Part shown: positions 24,415 through 38,411 of the stretch, in pieces
Layout: every line of letters starts with the position of its first letter
Numbering within the stretch: the stretch's first letter is position 1
NCBI GenBank assembly: GCA_904063045.1
Contig: CAJFCJ010000019.1
Coordinates: 1,379,700 to 1,443,699, forward strand
Source: Dimorphilus gyrociliatus
Lineage: Eukaryota; Animalia; Annelida
Direction: 5' to 3'
DNA length: 64,000 nt
Made by a program: the position numbers and the translations under genes
Notes under the pieces: model-generated
What the model saw: the letters and a program-made list of their open reading frames with translations, nothing else
Told to the model about the DNA's origin: nothing
The model's database searches: none

Positions 24415-26520
24415 TTACAATATAGTTTCCTTTGGAGAGATATAACCTTTGTTATCGACTTCGTTGAAACCTTTGGGATCTTTTGCATCTTTGGTGATAT
24501 TTTCCACATCCTGTCTACTGTCTTCTGGTTTCAAGCATACGCCGACACAGGATGTATATATTGCATTTGATTTTATCACATTTTTAACCTTCTTCAATTG
24601 TTTTCCCATTGGTTTAAATAAATAAAGATGATAAGGCTCTAGAGACTTTAAAGGTCTGGGAAAAGCATCCCAATTTTTCAATTTATGAGGTAAAATACTG
24701 GGAGCTTTGCTTTGGAGAATATTTATAATAACTATAGCTGTAATAAAAATCAATATTGGTAGGCCAATCCCTAACAGAACTCTCCATCCAGCTAAAGATA
24801 TTCCAAAAATCATACCAGGAAGTAAGAAAAACATGATAATTAGGTAAATGATAGGGAACCATCTATATCTGGCAGTTATATTACCAAGTTTTTTTGATAA
24901 ATTTATAGGTATCTTTCGAAGACTTGGAATAGGGTACCAAATACATATGCCGATTATATTAAAAAATAAATGGCAAAGAGCTACTTGCATGGCTATTCCT
25001 ATTTTAGCGCTACTAGCCAAAGCGGATAAAATAGCCGTAAAGGTTGTTCCAATGTTAGCTCCTAGTGTTAAGGGATAAACCCTGTCAATCTTCAATACAC
25101 CAATTCCCACAAGGGGTGTCACAGCTGAAGTGAAAATTGAAGAACTTTGTACGAGTATCGTCATACCTGCCCCAATTATTATCGCCAGATAACCCGTTAC
25201 AAATCCCAGCCTTCCAGGAAAGTCAGCATTCAATGATGTCTTAATTGCCTTAGCAACAGCTCCTTTAAGCATAGAATGCAGTAGCTTTACAATTAGAAAA
25301 AGGCAGATACAGAGTAAAAATATAGCTATGACTAAAAGAACCCCGCCAACCGCTTCGTCACTCCACCCATTTGGTCCTCTAGAAATCTTTTCAAATAGAT
25401 ATGAATATGTTTTATTATCTTTTTCATGTTTAAGCAGAGATTTATCACCAGATTTTATTGTTCCTTGAGCAATTTTTTCAAACACTTTTTTATCAATTTG
25501 GACAAAAAGGTTAGTAAAGGGTTTAGTAATAACCTTCAAAAATTCCTTTTTGTCCATTTTATCTGTATTTAAGGCGTCCACCATTTTGGCAGTAATTTGA
25601 CAAAGTAACCCACATCCTCTGATAGTTGTTCCGTTTGGATTAACAAGCCCAACGACGTCGTCTTTCCACGGTCCGACAGAACCTGACAACCATTCTATGG
25701 GAAGCAAGATTAATACCGCTAACCAATTAAACATGTCGTGTACTGTTGCTCCCGCGAAAGCCCTTCGAAATTCATTCTTATTAGTTGTGTGGCCAAGGGA
25801 AACTATGGTGTTCGTAACACTTGTACCGATATTTGCTCCCATAATCATGAATATTGCCGGCTTTAACGGTAGAATTTCAGTAGAAACCATAGACACAATA
25901 ATTGATGTTGTAGTTGATGAAGATTGAACTAAAACAGTTGCCAAGATTCCAAGTACAAGCTCGGCTATTGGATTACTTAAAATTTCATTCTGGGTAAAGG
26001 CCTCACTAGCTTTTTTACCACCCAATAATTTAAAAGCATCACTTAAGAAGCCAAGTGAACATATGAAAAGATAAAGAAGGCATAAGAGAGAAACAATCTT
26101 AGCACATATTATCAGAATCGTAAGCAATCTCTCGCTAAAAGTTTTTTCTATAAAGTAAATAATAAATAAATATAATGATAATTGTTACTCTTTATATCAG
26201 AATTAATAGCAATGCTTATTACCTATCCATGGTTTTCCGTTATCCGGAGGATCAATCAATGCCCAAGGGTCTTCTATTTCTCCTTCATTTATTGAATCAC
26301 ACTCTTTTATATTTGAAGGAACCTTAATAAGAAAAAGAATGAGTTTTTGTTAGATACAATTGGTTTTGTATAAGGATAAGGTGAAACGAATGAAGGAAAG
26401 ACAAATAAGGGTAAGATAACAAATTAAGTTTTATTTCTCTCGTATATTCATTACCTTATTAGCGTTGCTTATTGCAGAACCAAAATCAATTGTACAGTTG
26501 CTCTTCTCATCAAACGACAT
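24415..26520 (-). CDS. SLC34A: Type II sodium/phosphate cotransporter (SLC34/NaPi-II family)
   Basis: LYLFICSLGFLSDAFKLLGG, LVLGILATVLVQSSSTTTSIIVSMV, IMGANIGTSVTNTIV, AFAGATVHDMFNWL, second repeat ILVQSSSIFTS, LGANIGTTFTA, ALCHLFFNIIG. Two short 5' exons (ATG at 26520; DPWA exon about 26218-26322) precede one exon of about 1.7 kb. Confidence 0.95.
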
Positions 26521-28689
26521 AACTAAAGTGTAAAGTCTTCAAAATCTTTGATTGTCTATAAAGAAAAGAAAATTGATTTATGAATAATTTGCTTAATAAA
26601 TTCTTCGACCTTACTTCTCAAGTGGAAAAGAGCAATAAAAACAAATATAAGATATACTGTATAATTATATAAATAGGAAAAATAATACCATTATCTACAC
26701 TCTACAGGTGACACGGTAAGTCAAAAAGAGAGTATAAAATATTATAATTGAATGGGGAAGGAAATTTCAATAGCTGTAGCATTAAATGGACGAATAAAGA
26801 CTAATAAAAGCTAGGTAAAAGGTGAAACAAGAGTATTAAAAACGAAATTTAAAAAAAGTAAAGCCTAAAAAATGATAGAAACAAGAAAAAAACGCACTAC
26901 AATTATTTATATAATATTCCCTGCTTCAAAATACCTTTTAATGTCGAAAGAGATAACGTTTTAGAAAAAAGCTATTTACGGATGCGGCAACAGCCCCGAG
27001 CTGCTTTATTATTAAATATAAGCCAGAAGTAACAGTTTTAATTAAACAAGTAATTTATTTCTCTATTTCTTCACTAGTTATATTAGGATAATTTTTAAGT
27101 TAATTTTCTCACCTGAGGGAAATAAGTTTTTTTCTTAGAGACGGAGAAACTTTAGGTTCATAACCCGGGCATGTGTATTTATATATATATATACTGTATA
27201 TATATACAAACAGTATATATATACCTGAAATTCAAGTCATGACTATTCATTAATACTTGTGATTTAAAACTCGAATACTTTTAGTTCAATGGGTTTGAGC
27301 ATTTCAATACAGTTGTTTTAAATGACAATAGTGTTAGTATAATGTCACGAACTTTTAATTTTTGTCTCCGCCCGGGCAAAAGCCCTCAAAAGAATTTAGG
27401 GGTTTTTAAATTGAATACTCAGGTCCACAATTCGTCATTGAGAAAGCCAATTTACCCTTGACATGAGTGTCACTCATGAACTATTTCAATACTGCATTAT
27501 CAGCACAACCAATGCAACTAGTGAAATATAATAAAACACTTCTGATGCACTACTGCTTGAACATGTCGATCCAGGGAAAAATACCGATTTCTCAGTAGTT
27601 CTAAAAGTGTTATAGTTCTAGAACAGAGAACAGTATCTTTTTTTAAAATGTGTAAAATTGAGATTACTTTCATGTGTAGATAATTATTGGATTGAGTCTT
27701 ATAGTTGTATGAAACATTAATATACCATTTCATTAAAATATGACACTCACAGAACTCTGTACATGAAGTTAAAGAATGTTGTAATTGTAAAAGGACTTTG
27801 AACTGTTTTTCGCATCATTAAGCGCTGAAAACTACTTTTAATCAGTTATAATATTACAAAAGCATAGAGCTTATAAGACAAATAGTTGATCTCAATACTG
27901 AACTTTATTTATTAACACTTCTAACAGATATTGCATGTTTTTAGCTTTCTTGATGTGCCTCCATCTACTGTCAGAGATGAGAGTTACTGCTTCCGTTCAT
28001 ACGGAAATACATAAGAAAAATCTCGTAAGGTATAGCTGTAGGTTAAAGAAATTCATTTAAAGAGCTATTTTTTTTATCTTAATATCACTATCTTTGCGTT
28101 TTCCCCGCTAATTTTACCTCTATTATTATTTCTATTATTTCTCTGTTTCTAGTTTTGTTTTTATACGTCTAGAATCAAATTTCAACCAGATTTCCCATAT
28201 GCCTACTTAAATTACAATAATTAGCGCACCTATACACACACAAGGCATGTAAATAGTGTATTATTTATCTGAGCGAATAACGATTTTCTATAAAAGCGAT
28301 AATATAGAACGTTACTAATAAATGTACGATTCAATTTAAATAAAGAGAAACTTCCTCAGTCGTTATCCCATTGTATTTTTTCAATAAATGCATATATTTT
28401 TTTGTATTATACAAACTGTACATGTATATATAATATAGTAAAGGTAGTCAGTATATAAACGTATACAGTATACTGTCTGTATGCAATATATAGTAAGTAT
28501 ATTTTAATTCTTTTTTTTTTGATATACTGTATATATATATATATATAATATAATATAATTTAATATAATATAATGTAATATAAATGAACAAAAAGTACAG
28601 AGAGAAGAGTGTTAATTTTCAATACATTTTTAATATAATTCTTTTTTGGAAATAACATCTGCAGTAGTTTAAATAAATTGTCAATCGTC

Positions 28690-29867
28690 TTAAAACGGTG
28701 ATATTGGAGGGCTGTTCCTTCCCAAATGAATACCAGAATCATGCGAAGAGGTTGATGATGGGAGTTTCGAACGTCGGCGTCGTGCCTGTTCGCGCGATAT
28801 AAAGAGAAAACGTTGTTTGATTTGCGTTTGTATAGTTTTTTTTTTGTTTTTTGTTTTTTGTTTTTACAGCTTGGTATATTTTTTTTTTCGCTTTACGACA
28901 TTGAAAGCGAGAGACATTGAGAAAGATTTTCTTCCTTGCTTTCATTTTTTCTGCTCTTAAAAAAGAAGAAAAGAAATATGGGAAAATGAAATAAAGAGAA
29001 ATAAGGAGAAAAATAACATTTTCAAAGCTTATTGGGGATAGATTAAAGAGAATGCTTTTCAAGTGCTGTACATATACTGTATATATATATATACAGTAAA
29101 TATACAGTATACTTTCTTAATATCTGTATCTAATCGAATAAAATTTGAACTTAATATGAAATTAAAAGGTAGAATAGTTTGACAATGATTTTTACACACA
29201 AGCACAAGTTTACAGTAATTAGGACAGATGCGCCATCTATCGTACCTCGCTTGATGAATCAACGAGGGGAGAAAGCATTGAATGAGGTTGAAAAGCTGAT
29301 GTCGGAGGTGTTTTGTCTGCTGAATGTAGACCTTGACCTGCCAAACATGTCAACGATATTTTGTAGATATTGTAAGAACCAGGTGAAGAAGGAGGTGAAG
29401 CCTGCTGAATTTGCGATTGTTCGGTAAAAGTAAACCTTGTTGATGCAGTTGAAGCAAAATAGATGTCACATTTAGAGGTGATAAGCGTTATATCAGGCAT
29501 AGTCATTGTATGGACTAGATTTCCATTAATTATTAACCTTATTTCTATAGTGTCTGTCGTAAATGCCAAAATGTAAGGGAAAGCGCAGACAATGGACTGC
29601 GGTTGAGAATTCCAATGGAAATCGAATTGAGTAGAGCATTCTTCTCTCATTTTTTGAAAATGGCTGATATCTAGAGTTATTAAAAATGAAATATTTATTA
29701 TAATCATTATGGCTTAGTTAATATTTTATGTAGCAGAGAATAGACAAATTAAAAGAAACGAGTGATGGAAAGAGTGACAGTGTTAGCGAGAGAGTGAGTG
29801 AGGGAGGAAGAGAGAAAGAGAGAGAGAGATAGAACGTTGTCAGAGAGACAGAACGAAACATAAAACG

Positions 29868-29919
<52 letters not shown>

Positions 29920-32900
29920 TGAGAGAGTGAGTGAGTGAGTGAGTAAGAATAAACGGAAATGAGAATAAAAATACTGAATAAAATATAAAACTCACGGTTA
30001 AAACTGAGCAATAATTCGGCTTCGTCATCCTCATAAATGTCGCTTGCGCATATCAAAGTGGATTTGTTGGAATCTATCTGATATAACTGAAGCGTATCCC
30101 CGTTCTTCTCGTTAATTAAGTCAAATTGATTCTTGTAGCCAATGCAGATCTGATTGCCTTGGTCGCCGCCATCGACTAAAGTTATAAGAGACGGTGTTTC
30201 AAAACAGCTCAACTCCCTTAGTAATTGGAATCCATCAACTGTATCGACATCGGCTGACGAGCACCAAGCAGACCAGGCTGTTGAATGCTTCCATGCGTAT
30301 ACCAATAGTTTCTTTCCTACGCAAACAACCATTCTCAAATGACTACAACCTGGTCTACTGACGGCGTATAAGTGAGAACCTTTTGATCCTTCTAATTTTC
30401 TCTCCTTAATATCGCTTTTGTTTCGTATAATTTCTTCATTTGACTCCCCTTCAAAGTCTGTTAAACGGAAAGCGTGAATACGACTGTCCTTACCAGTTGC
30501 CCGGAAGATTAGCAATCCGTGCGCTTCAGATACAGTCAATTGCTTGACGATGACACTCTTATCGAACAGTTGCCTTGGGGCGACATTTTCCTCTAACAAG
30601 AAAACGCCCGCCGATTGGGTGGCAACCATTAGTTTATCGCCCCACGAGTCTCCGCATACAATTGAACCGTAGTGGAAATTTTCGAAAAATGATTGCGGTT
30701 CCCAAGGTTGATGTTTGAGAATAGCCCCGGATGTTACCGTACTGGTTGGAGCATCACCCCTTAAAATTGTCTTGAGCTTAAGGGATTGGCCTATCTTTAA
30801 GAATTCAGATTGTCTAGCTTCTTCCTTTCGACGGTTTGATCCGTGGGCGTTGTCAGGAATAATATCACTGAAGGCCCGTCGGTTCAACATGTTATTCTTT
30901 GAGGTTTCAGGAGCATGTTCTTGATATAACGTTCGAATTAGACTATCTAGCGTTCGTTCTCTTTTTTGGGCAAAGACTGGCGTGTTGAAGGCAGCTTTCT
31001 CTCCATTTATAACTAAATGGGAGTTTAAGGACATAAATAGAGTATAAAATGAATAAACAAAATGATTTATCGTTAAAATAAGTCTATAGAATGCATTAAC
31101 GTAATTGAATTCTTCCGTCCTTACGTTTTACTAGTAAAAAATCTCGAAATTGCCTATGGTCCGCAAAGACGGGAGGTGAAGGTAGAGCCGGCCCAAAAAG
31201 TGGAACACTCTCTTCAGAGCAAATAGCCAACTTATAAGACTCGGTCTCCTTATTATAAGTCACGACTGCAAATATATCTGAAATTCGAGTTTCTTTTTTA
31301 ATTTACAAGAAAAGAGAAATAATTTAAAGGGAGAAGAAGAGAAAATAAGAGAAAATATTCTTTTTTCAACATTCTTTTTATAAGAAAAAGAAAGAGTAAA
31401 AAATGAAAAATTCTTTAATAACTTTTCTTTTTTTGCATTAAAAAAGTAGTATAAAGAAAATAATGTCTTACGTGTAAAATGAGTTTTCATCATTGACGGT
31501 TTAAAAGATGGAATTTCGTCCGGTAGAGAATCGACAAAGATGATATTCACTATATCGTTTCCTACATGACGTTTCCTTTCAACTTGCTGTTTATTCTCGT
31601 TGGAGTGAGGTAAAAAAGTCGATACGTGAAACATGATTTCGTGACCTTCGTATATGGTATAAATCGATTCCACGCCGGTTGTATCGCCTGTTTTGTGTTG
31701 TTTTCAAGTTATATTTTATTGTCATTATTTAATTTGTTTCTTTTCCCTTATGTTTACTATTAATTATTTAAAAGAATCGTCTCACAAAAGACCTTTTTCT
31801 ACTAACTTTTAACGTCGAGTCCTCCACGGAACTTCTCCCATCCTTTTAATCGTATTCGATCGCCTAAGAGACTGCAGAATTTGTCGAATTCGGCCGTACC
31901 GCATTCTGATAACAAAATTTCCTTATTATTAGCATTTATTAAAGAAAATTACCAGTTTTCATTTTTATAAACAGGTCTATAACTTGACTAAATAAGAATA
32001 AATCATATAATTACCGTTACTGTACATTTCATCATCACTTTTTTGTCCGTTTTTGGCGTAAATAATTCCAAATTTAAAATTTACAGAACCTTCTTGTTCT
32101 TCAAGCAGCAGCAAATCCTTTTGTAAATCAGGGTTATAAATTTCCTTTGGTCCCTTATCTAATTTGTCTAGGTCGAAGTGGCTCAATATTCCCTTAACTG
32201 TCATAGGTTTTGAAGAATTATAGGGTAAGCATATTTTATGATTTCCTGTTTTCCTCCATAAAATAGCCCTATATTGAGGTACATTGTGGTTATTAGCATC
32301 CGTAACGACAACAGATAAGAAAAAGGCCTCTTTTTCCGAATCCAAACCGACATAGTTTTGATGAACTGTCTTGGAGAATAAAGTAGGCAAGGGCAAAGGG
32401 AAAGGAAGAGAATTTTTTATTGATTATCGGATTGCGTGTATATTGACGGATAATACTAACGTTTTCCTAAAAAGTACTTAAAATACCATCTCGTTTGTGA
32501 CTCGGGATTCTCTAAATGAACAGGACTGGTTAAAGGACTTGGCACCTGCAAGAGGAAAATAAACCGTCAGTAAGAGGCTTGCTTTCATTCTTTTTTAATA
32601 AAGTCGTATATAAAAAGCTTACAGCTGCTACACTTAAATCGCCTTCATCCCTCTCACCGTTTTCTATTCGAAATCGACCGGAATTCGTCTCGGAATCGGT
32701 AGAAATTAACTGTTTGGAAAAGTATCATATTTATACTCTAATAAGCCTTGTTCCATCTTCTTTCTCATCTCTATGGTTACGAGGTATAATTACAAAACGC
32801 ACCGGAATTTATACTGTTAGAAAATGAGAACGACTATAACAAAATATCAATGTGAACAGTGCTTATTGCTTAGCAGATAAGGAGGGAAAGCCGTTTAGAG

Positions 32901-35900
32901 GCAGAAACAATTTTTTTAAAATAATATGATCTCTAGTAATAGATACTTTCGAATGATAGTAGATACTGCAAACAATTTATAAAAGACAGACATTTTTCTA
33001 TGTTTCAAATACAATGAACTACACAGTCAATATAATATATACAGTATATCTATATGTCGCCTCTTCTCACTCTTTAAATATTTATCTCAATCCATCGATA
33101 AAATTGCTGCTATAAATACTACCCAACAGCAATTTGCCACTGAATTTCTAACAGAATAAATGTCCAGTTTAATGGGTCTATATAAACAAGATGTTGACGT
33201 CAAAGTAATTGTTGTATTCCTTACCAGTTCAACAGATCCATAATGGCGTCGACTAAAGACGCCTCTTCTAGCTGCCAGATCCGAAGCAGGCGAACTACAG
33301 TGGTAAAAAAAAAAAGAAAGATAATAATAGAGAATAGTAGATTTGTAAGAGAATCATTTATAAATCGTTTATTACACATATAAAGAAGAAAGTCCTATGA
33401 ATAGGTAAATGAATGATGCAATAAAAACGAACGAGTGTACATAATCAACAGTAAATAGAATGCAATATATTTGATTCATAAGAGGTGAGAAATCACGCAT
33501 ATATTCTTCTCTCCGCAGCCAATTTCATTAAAAGGATCTTATTTTTTTTCTTATTAAAGAAATCGGGAGAGAAAATTATGAAATCAGTAATAACCTTTGA
33601 AATAGAATTAAACGATATTGAATGCAACAGGATACGTTTAATGAAATATAAATAGATAGAAAGAATGAAAGAGGTAGAGGAAGAAAGAGAAAAGAGAAAA
33701 CAGGGTTAGGATTAGGTGGGTAAAAGAGTGATCGATACCTACATACCTTGCCGTTCTTAGCCTATTAGTTGGCGACGGCGAATAACAAACGTCCGGTGAT
33801 AAAGTATCGAATTTATGGTTGGGAGGCGTCAATAATGGATTTTTGTTCGGTTTAGTTGACAGAGATTTTGACCTGAGACGATGCGCCATTCTACTCCGTA
33901 CTGGACGCCGTACGGTGACGCTGTATTGATATGACGTCAGGCGCGTCGACTATACTCCTCCGAAAACGAGTGACGACGAAAAGTTTATTTACACCTCTAT
34001 GATATACTCATGGATAACAAATGGATATTCACCCCAATTATCTATCATTATCTAGGTCTAATGACCTTATTTTGACCATGGTCCAATCTCATTAAAAGGC
34101 GTATGGGAAAACTCGCAAGTGCACGCATTTTCAGTAATAACTGACTCCACAAATTACGCCAATTTAATTACTTTGATCAAGGGGCGACATCTAACGGTCT
34201 GGAAAGGACTTGTATGATATTACGCCACCTATTAGTACAGAGCGTGGTCGCAGGTTTTTGCTTTCCCAACCTCATAAATAATTTTTCATCACTTTCTCTT
34301 TTTAACAAACATAGAATTAGATACAGTTGAAAACTGAGAAGAGAGAAGCTAAGAAAAAAAATCCACAAGCGTATTGAAAGAATAGAAGCGTTTTGCCGCC
34401 CGTTAAGCTTTGTTTATCATTCTTTCATTCTCTTCACTCACTCTTTTTTTTTGCTTTCTTAACGCTATTGAACAGGTATGGAGCGGCACAAAACATGTAT
34501 CATGGCTAATCAGGCTTGATATTACGCGCAGGCGGTTCTACTCCTCGGGCGATACCATGCAGATAAAACTTCTAAGAAGTTATCTCTTATATAATAAGGA
34601 TAACTATAACAGAATATGCAAAAATGCTTAAGCATACGATTAATGCATGAAAGGTAGCTAGTTCGTAAAGTACAAAGGCTGTACTTAGTTTGCACTTTCT
34701 ACCTATATCGACAAAAGACTCGAACCTAAAAATGATGAAACACCTGAGTCGCGAAGGGATGATGTATAAGCAGTAGCCTAATCAATAAAATAAAGACGTG
34801 ATAGAAGCACACAAAGGGTAGGTTTAGTTGCTTGGAAGAGAAGAAGAGAAAAACAACAACGTCGGCAACGGTAAGCCCTCTAAATACGTAGAGAGAACGT
34901 GACGCTATGTCGTCATTATGATAGGCGTCGCACTTTTAACTAACGTAATTTACATTATTTTCTCTGAATGACCCTTCCCCCGGCTAGATTTTAGAGTTAA
35001 GAAAACGTTCTTACGGCACACAAAGAGAGAAGATAGATGAAGAAGGTAAGGAATAATAATAAAAAGAGAATTATCTGGTGCGCGCCTCGTTCTATTATAT
35101 ATTAGTCTACCGATTTCTCGTCGCCTGCATATCCGCCAAATTACTCTCGAAATCGAATAGAAGACGCTCACCAATTTTTCACCATTAACAAAGCAGTGAA
35201 TAAGTTTTTCTAACCTGGATTCTGGATTCGAGCGCGGAATCGGGTTTGATCTGCAGATTCGCAATGGTTGCTTAATATGGGAATTCGGTACATAATCTGG
35301 TGTAAGAAAATGTGTTGTAGGTTGCTTCGGCTTCTTCTTGCGCTTTGAAGAAAATGCTCTTCTAAGTAATCCTGTCTTTTCCTTAAATTTTGCAGTATCC
35401 TGTTGTTCGTCCAGGGCATTTAAGTCAACCATCGAAGAGCCGATAGTTTTTCGTAACGCCATACTCACTCATACATAAAAGTATATATACATAGATATTA
35501 ATATATATATATATATTTGCATAAATATATATATCTACTTATATATATATATATGCATACGTATATATACGAATATCTCTCCTCTCTCTTAATAGATATA
35601 TATATAAATATATATATCTTTACGTGCGTCAGCCGCAGAAATGCGCTTGTACGGAGAAGCAGCTAAGTATTGAAGCGACATCTATATCGGTCCTGTTCCA
35701 GATCTATATGCATAATGTATAAACGTGCGAGCACGTCTAGACCTTTAATGGACTTAACCGCAAAAAAAAGACATGTTGCGTTCCGTTTGAAGGGGACTAT
35801 ACGGTCGCTATAGGAACGGTGAAAGATTACCACCACGACCTTCTCTCTTTTCCAATGAATTTTTAATCAACGTTTACACCATTTTGCGCTTAGTCGGTGT

Positions 35901-38411
35901 CTGTCCAAGAATCCGAATGTCCGATCAATTACATGTTTGGCGAAAAAAATGTACACTTTATAAATTTAACGATCGACTACAGATGGCACCACCTGTCATG
36001 GACTGCGAAGTTTGAAAAAAAAAGACATAATAAATGACTGATGGGAAGGGTCGAGTCTAGCGGTAGTTTATAAGATGTCGAATGAATCCAGGTTAAGAAA
36101 AAGTGTTCGCTCTTGTTAAAATTAATAAAAGCTAAAACAAGTAATTTTTCTTGACATAAACGTTCTATTTTTAATGAAAAACAAACAAACGAACGTTTTG
36201 GAATTAATATTTAATAATTGAAAAAACAGGGGCTACTTAACCACACTTTATGCTGTTTATAGAAGATCGAGTAAACTTAACAAAGTGCTAAAGGCGTGTG
36301 CGACAAACAACGCTGCCAGTATCGACAGAAATATTTTCTGTACGATACAACAACAAGAAATTACGCGATAGTTGTTCTTGAGTGAATATATGCAATTAAT
36401 ATGTAGAATACTAATCATAAAATGCGCACGGCATAATCGAAGGTGTCAATTATAATATTCATTTGCAACATCTTCTTAAACTGATATAAAAGCTATAAGA
36501 AACGAGTTATCGATTATGCGAAGAATGCTACAGGGAAAGGGAAAGTAAGAGATGAAGAAGGGAGGGCTAAAAGGGGGGTGGGTAAGGGAGTAGAGTGGGC
36601 GTGTTAGTTTGCAATAGGCTGCATGCGTAACTGATACTCATTGAAAAAAAGGGGCGAGGGAAGATATATAGAAGTGGGGGATTTGTTGGAGTGAAAAATT
36701 TCTCTCTTAATTCTTTAAATATAGTACAAAAGTAAAACAATCGTCGGTAGCGTGTAATAAATCAATTATACGTCAGACACTGTAGTTTTTCTCTTTTTTT
36801 TATACTCTTTATATAAATGCATATGATATTTGGTTTCCGCGTCATTCGTGCGTATCAACTATAATGAGTAATATGCACATATACAGCGTCTCAAAGATAA
36901 TCTTGATTGCTTGGAAATAAAGAGAAAAGAAAAAAATCGATGACAAAAGTGTCCACCGTCGTCATTAGTACCTTCCAACAGGAGTTGTTTCCTGGGGGAC
37001 GTTCGAAAACACGTCTAATAGACGAGTTAATTAATGAGTGCGATCGAGGTTGGATTGAATTACTTAACGACTTTTCAACCGAGAAAAAGTAATTTTTTTT
37101 TAAGTCCTATACAAAATGATTACTAAGGACAAACTTTTCCCTTGTACTATTTAAGCGTAAACATATGCACTTTGCAAATTCTTCATTAAAAAAAAATATG
37201 ACAGTAGACGCCTATATGTATATCGTGTACATATAGCAAATATTCTGAATAGAGAAAAAGCATACGTATACACCTATATGATTCTTCATTTCTCTTTATT
37301 CTCCTTATCTTCTTTCTTTTGCATATATATATATTTCTTTTACATATTGCACTAAATTTTTTCAATACCAACCGTTTTCTTGCGTTTTAAAATACAAAAT
37401 ACAAGCTGTTACACTATAGAAACTCCCTAACCTTGTCCAAGGCTTAACGGGACGCTGAGCATTAGCGTTTACGCCTTCGAAACTCGAACTCTTCAAATCG
37501 AACCTGCTACGCAATCTATTACCAGCCATTTTGTCGTCTGTCTCCTGGTTCGTTTTGTTTCGGCGTCTAGGTGGCGTATAGACCTCGGTCATATAATTGA
37601 GATGAGGGGTAAAGAGAAATCACAGCCGTATAAAACACCCTCGCCTTATATACTGGCGGACAAGAGAGCAGGTTGGAAGCCCGTAATGACGGAAGGGAAG
37701 ACGGCATCAAGGACGCGTTAGATTAGACGAATTAGAAGAATTTTCGGATGTTATGTAGATTATAGAATCATTTCACCACTCTTCGCTGTGGTTATAACGT
37801 ACACCACTCTTTGTGCACATCAAAACGCCATCTACGGGACACCACATCCATTTTTTTACAACGTTGACGCACACCTTTTTCCTCTAACCAACAAAAAAAC
37901 CGGGTTGAATAAACCGATCAATCATCTATTGGCTTATACTCTACCGTTCAATAACGGCGTAGTTTTACCTCTTTGACAATTTAAACAGGGTAAAACAAAC
38001 TTTATCGCTTACACGCTCCATCAATTTTTTACAAGCACTTGCCTGGTCAATTTAAAGGAGGGTTCCAATGAATGAAATAAAATATAACAGTAAAACGAAC
38101 GCCAAGGGAATAGAGTTGGGATTGGGGAATAGATGAGAGAAAAAGCGACTGGAAGTAGATAGGTGAACATGTCTTCTAGGCGCCTTTTCTCAAAGGTTTG
38201 CTAAACGGATTTTCGTCGATTCGGCGAATGTTAGCTATAAATGACGCAATGGAATTACATGTACTTACTCGTCATCTTCTTCTTCATTCGCACTTGCTGT
38301 GGAAGGAAGAGAAGAAAGTGGCCATACAAATAACAAACTCTCCTTTACAATAGCTTCCAAACCGGGAGCTGGAACTTGAAGCCGATTCGTCTGACGGGTT
38401 TGCCTATCCAT
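28690..38411 (-). CDS. GARNL3: GTPase-activating Rap/RanGAP domain-like 3 (RapGAP + CNH), multi-exon with alternative first exons
   Basis: GARNL3-specific DLAARRGVFSRRHYGSVEL and LENPESQTRWYFKYFLGK. RapGAP motifs LEEQEGSVNFKFGIIYAK and IMFHVSTFLPHS..QQVERKRHVGNDIVNIIF. CNH domain 30000-31034 and 29246-29667. Terminal exon 28785-28690 (ARRRRSKLP...SPF*). Confidence 0.93.
29804..29945. repeat. (AG)n/(AGTG)n compound microsatellite in a GARNL3 intron
   Basis: Long GA dinucleotide run plus gagt tetramer repeats. Confidence 0.9.
33932..33939. promoter_or_regulatory. CRE palindrome (TGACGTCA) upstream of the most proximal GARNL3 first exon
   Basis: Perfect TGACGTCA in a CpG-rich island about 45 bp upstream of the ATG at 33889. 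Confidence 0.45.

Noticed and set aside
27462-27478. Near-perfect palindrome CATGAGTG-T-CACTCATG (also ACTGAGCTCAGT at 16913-16924)
   Set aside because: Isolated, too short for a miRNA hairpin, and no flanking element structure found.
27240-27960. Moderately GC-richer intergenic stretch with short open frames, possible transposon relic
   Set aside because: No terminal repeats or recognisable protein motif found.
29718-30034. SLSLSL/THSL-rich ORF extensions (also 62182-62609)
   Set aside because: Read-through into (TC)n microsatellites in introns or intergenic DNA.
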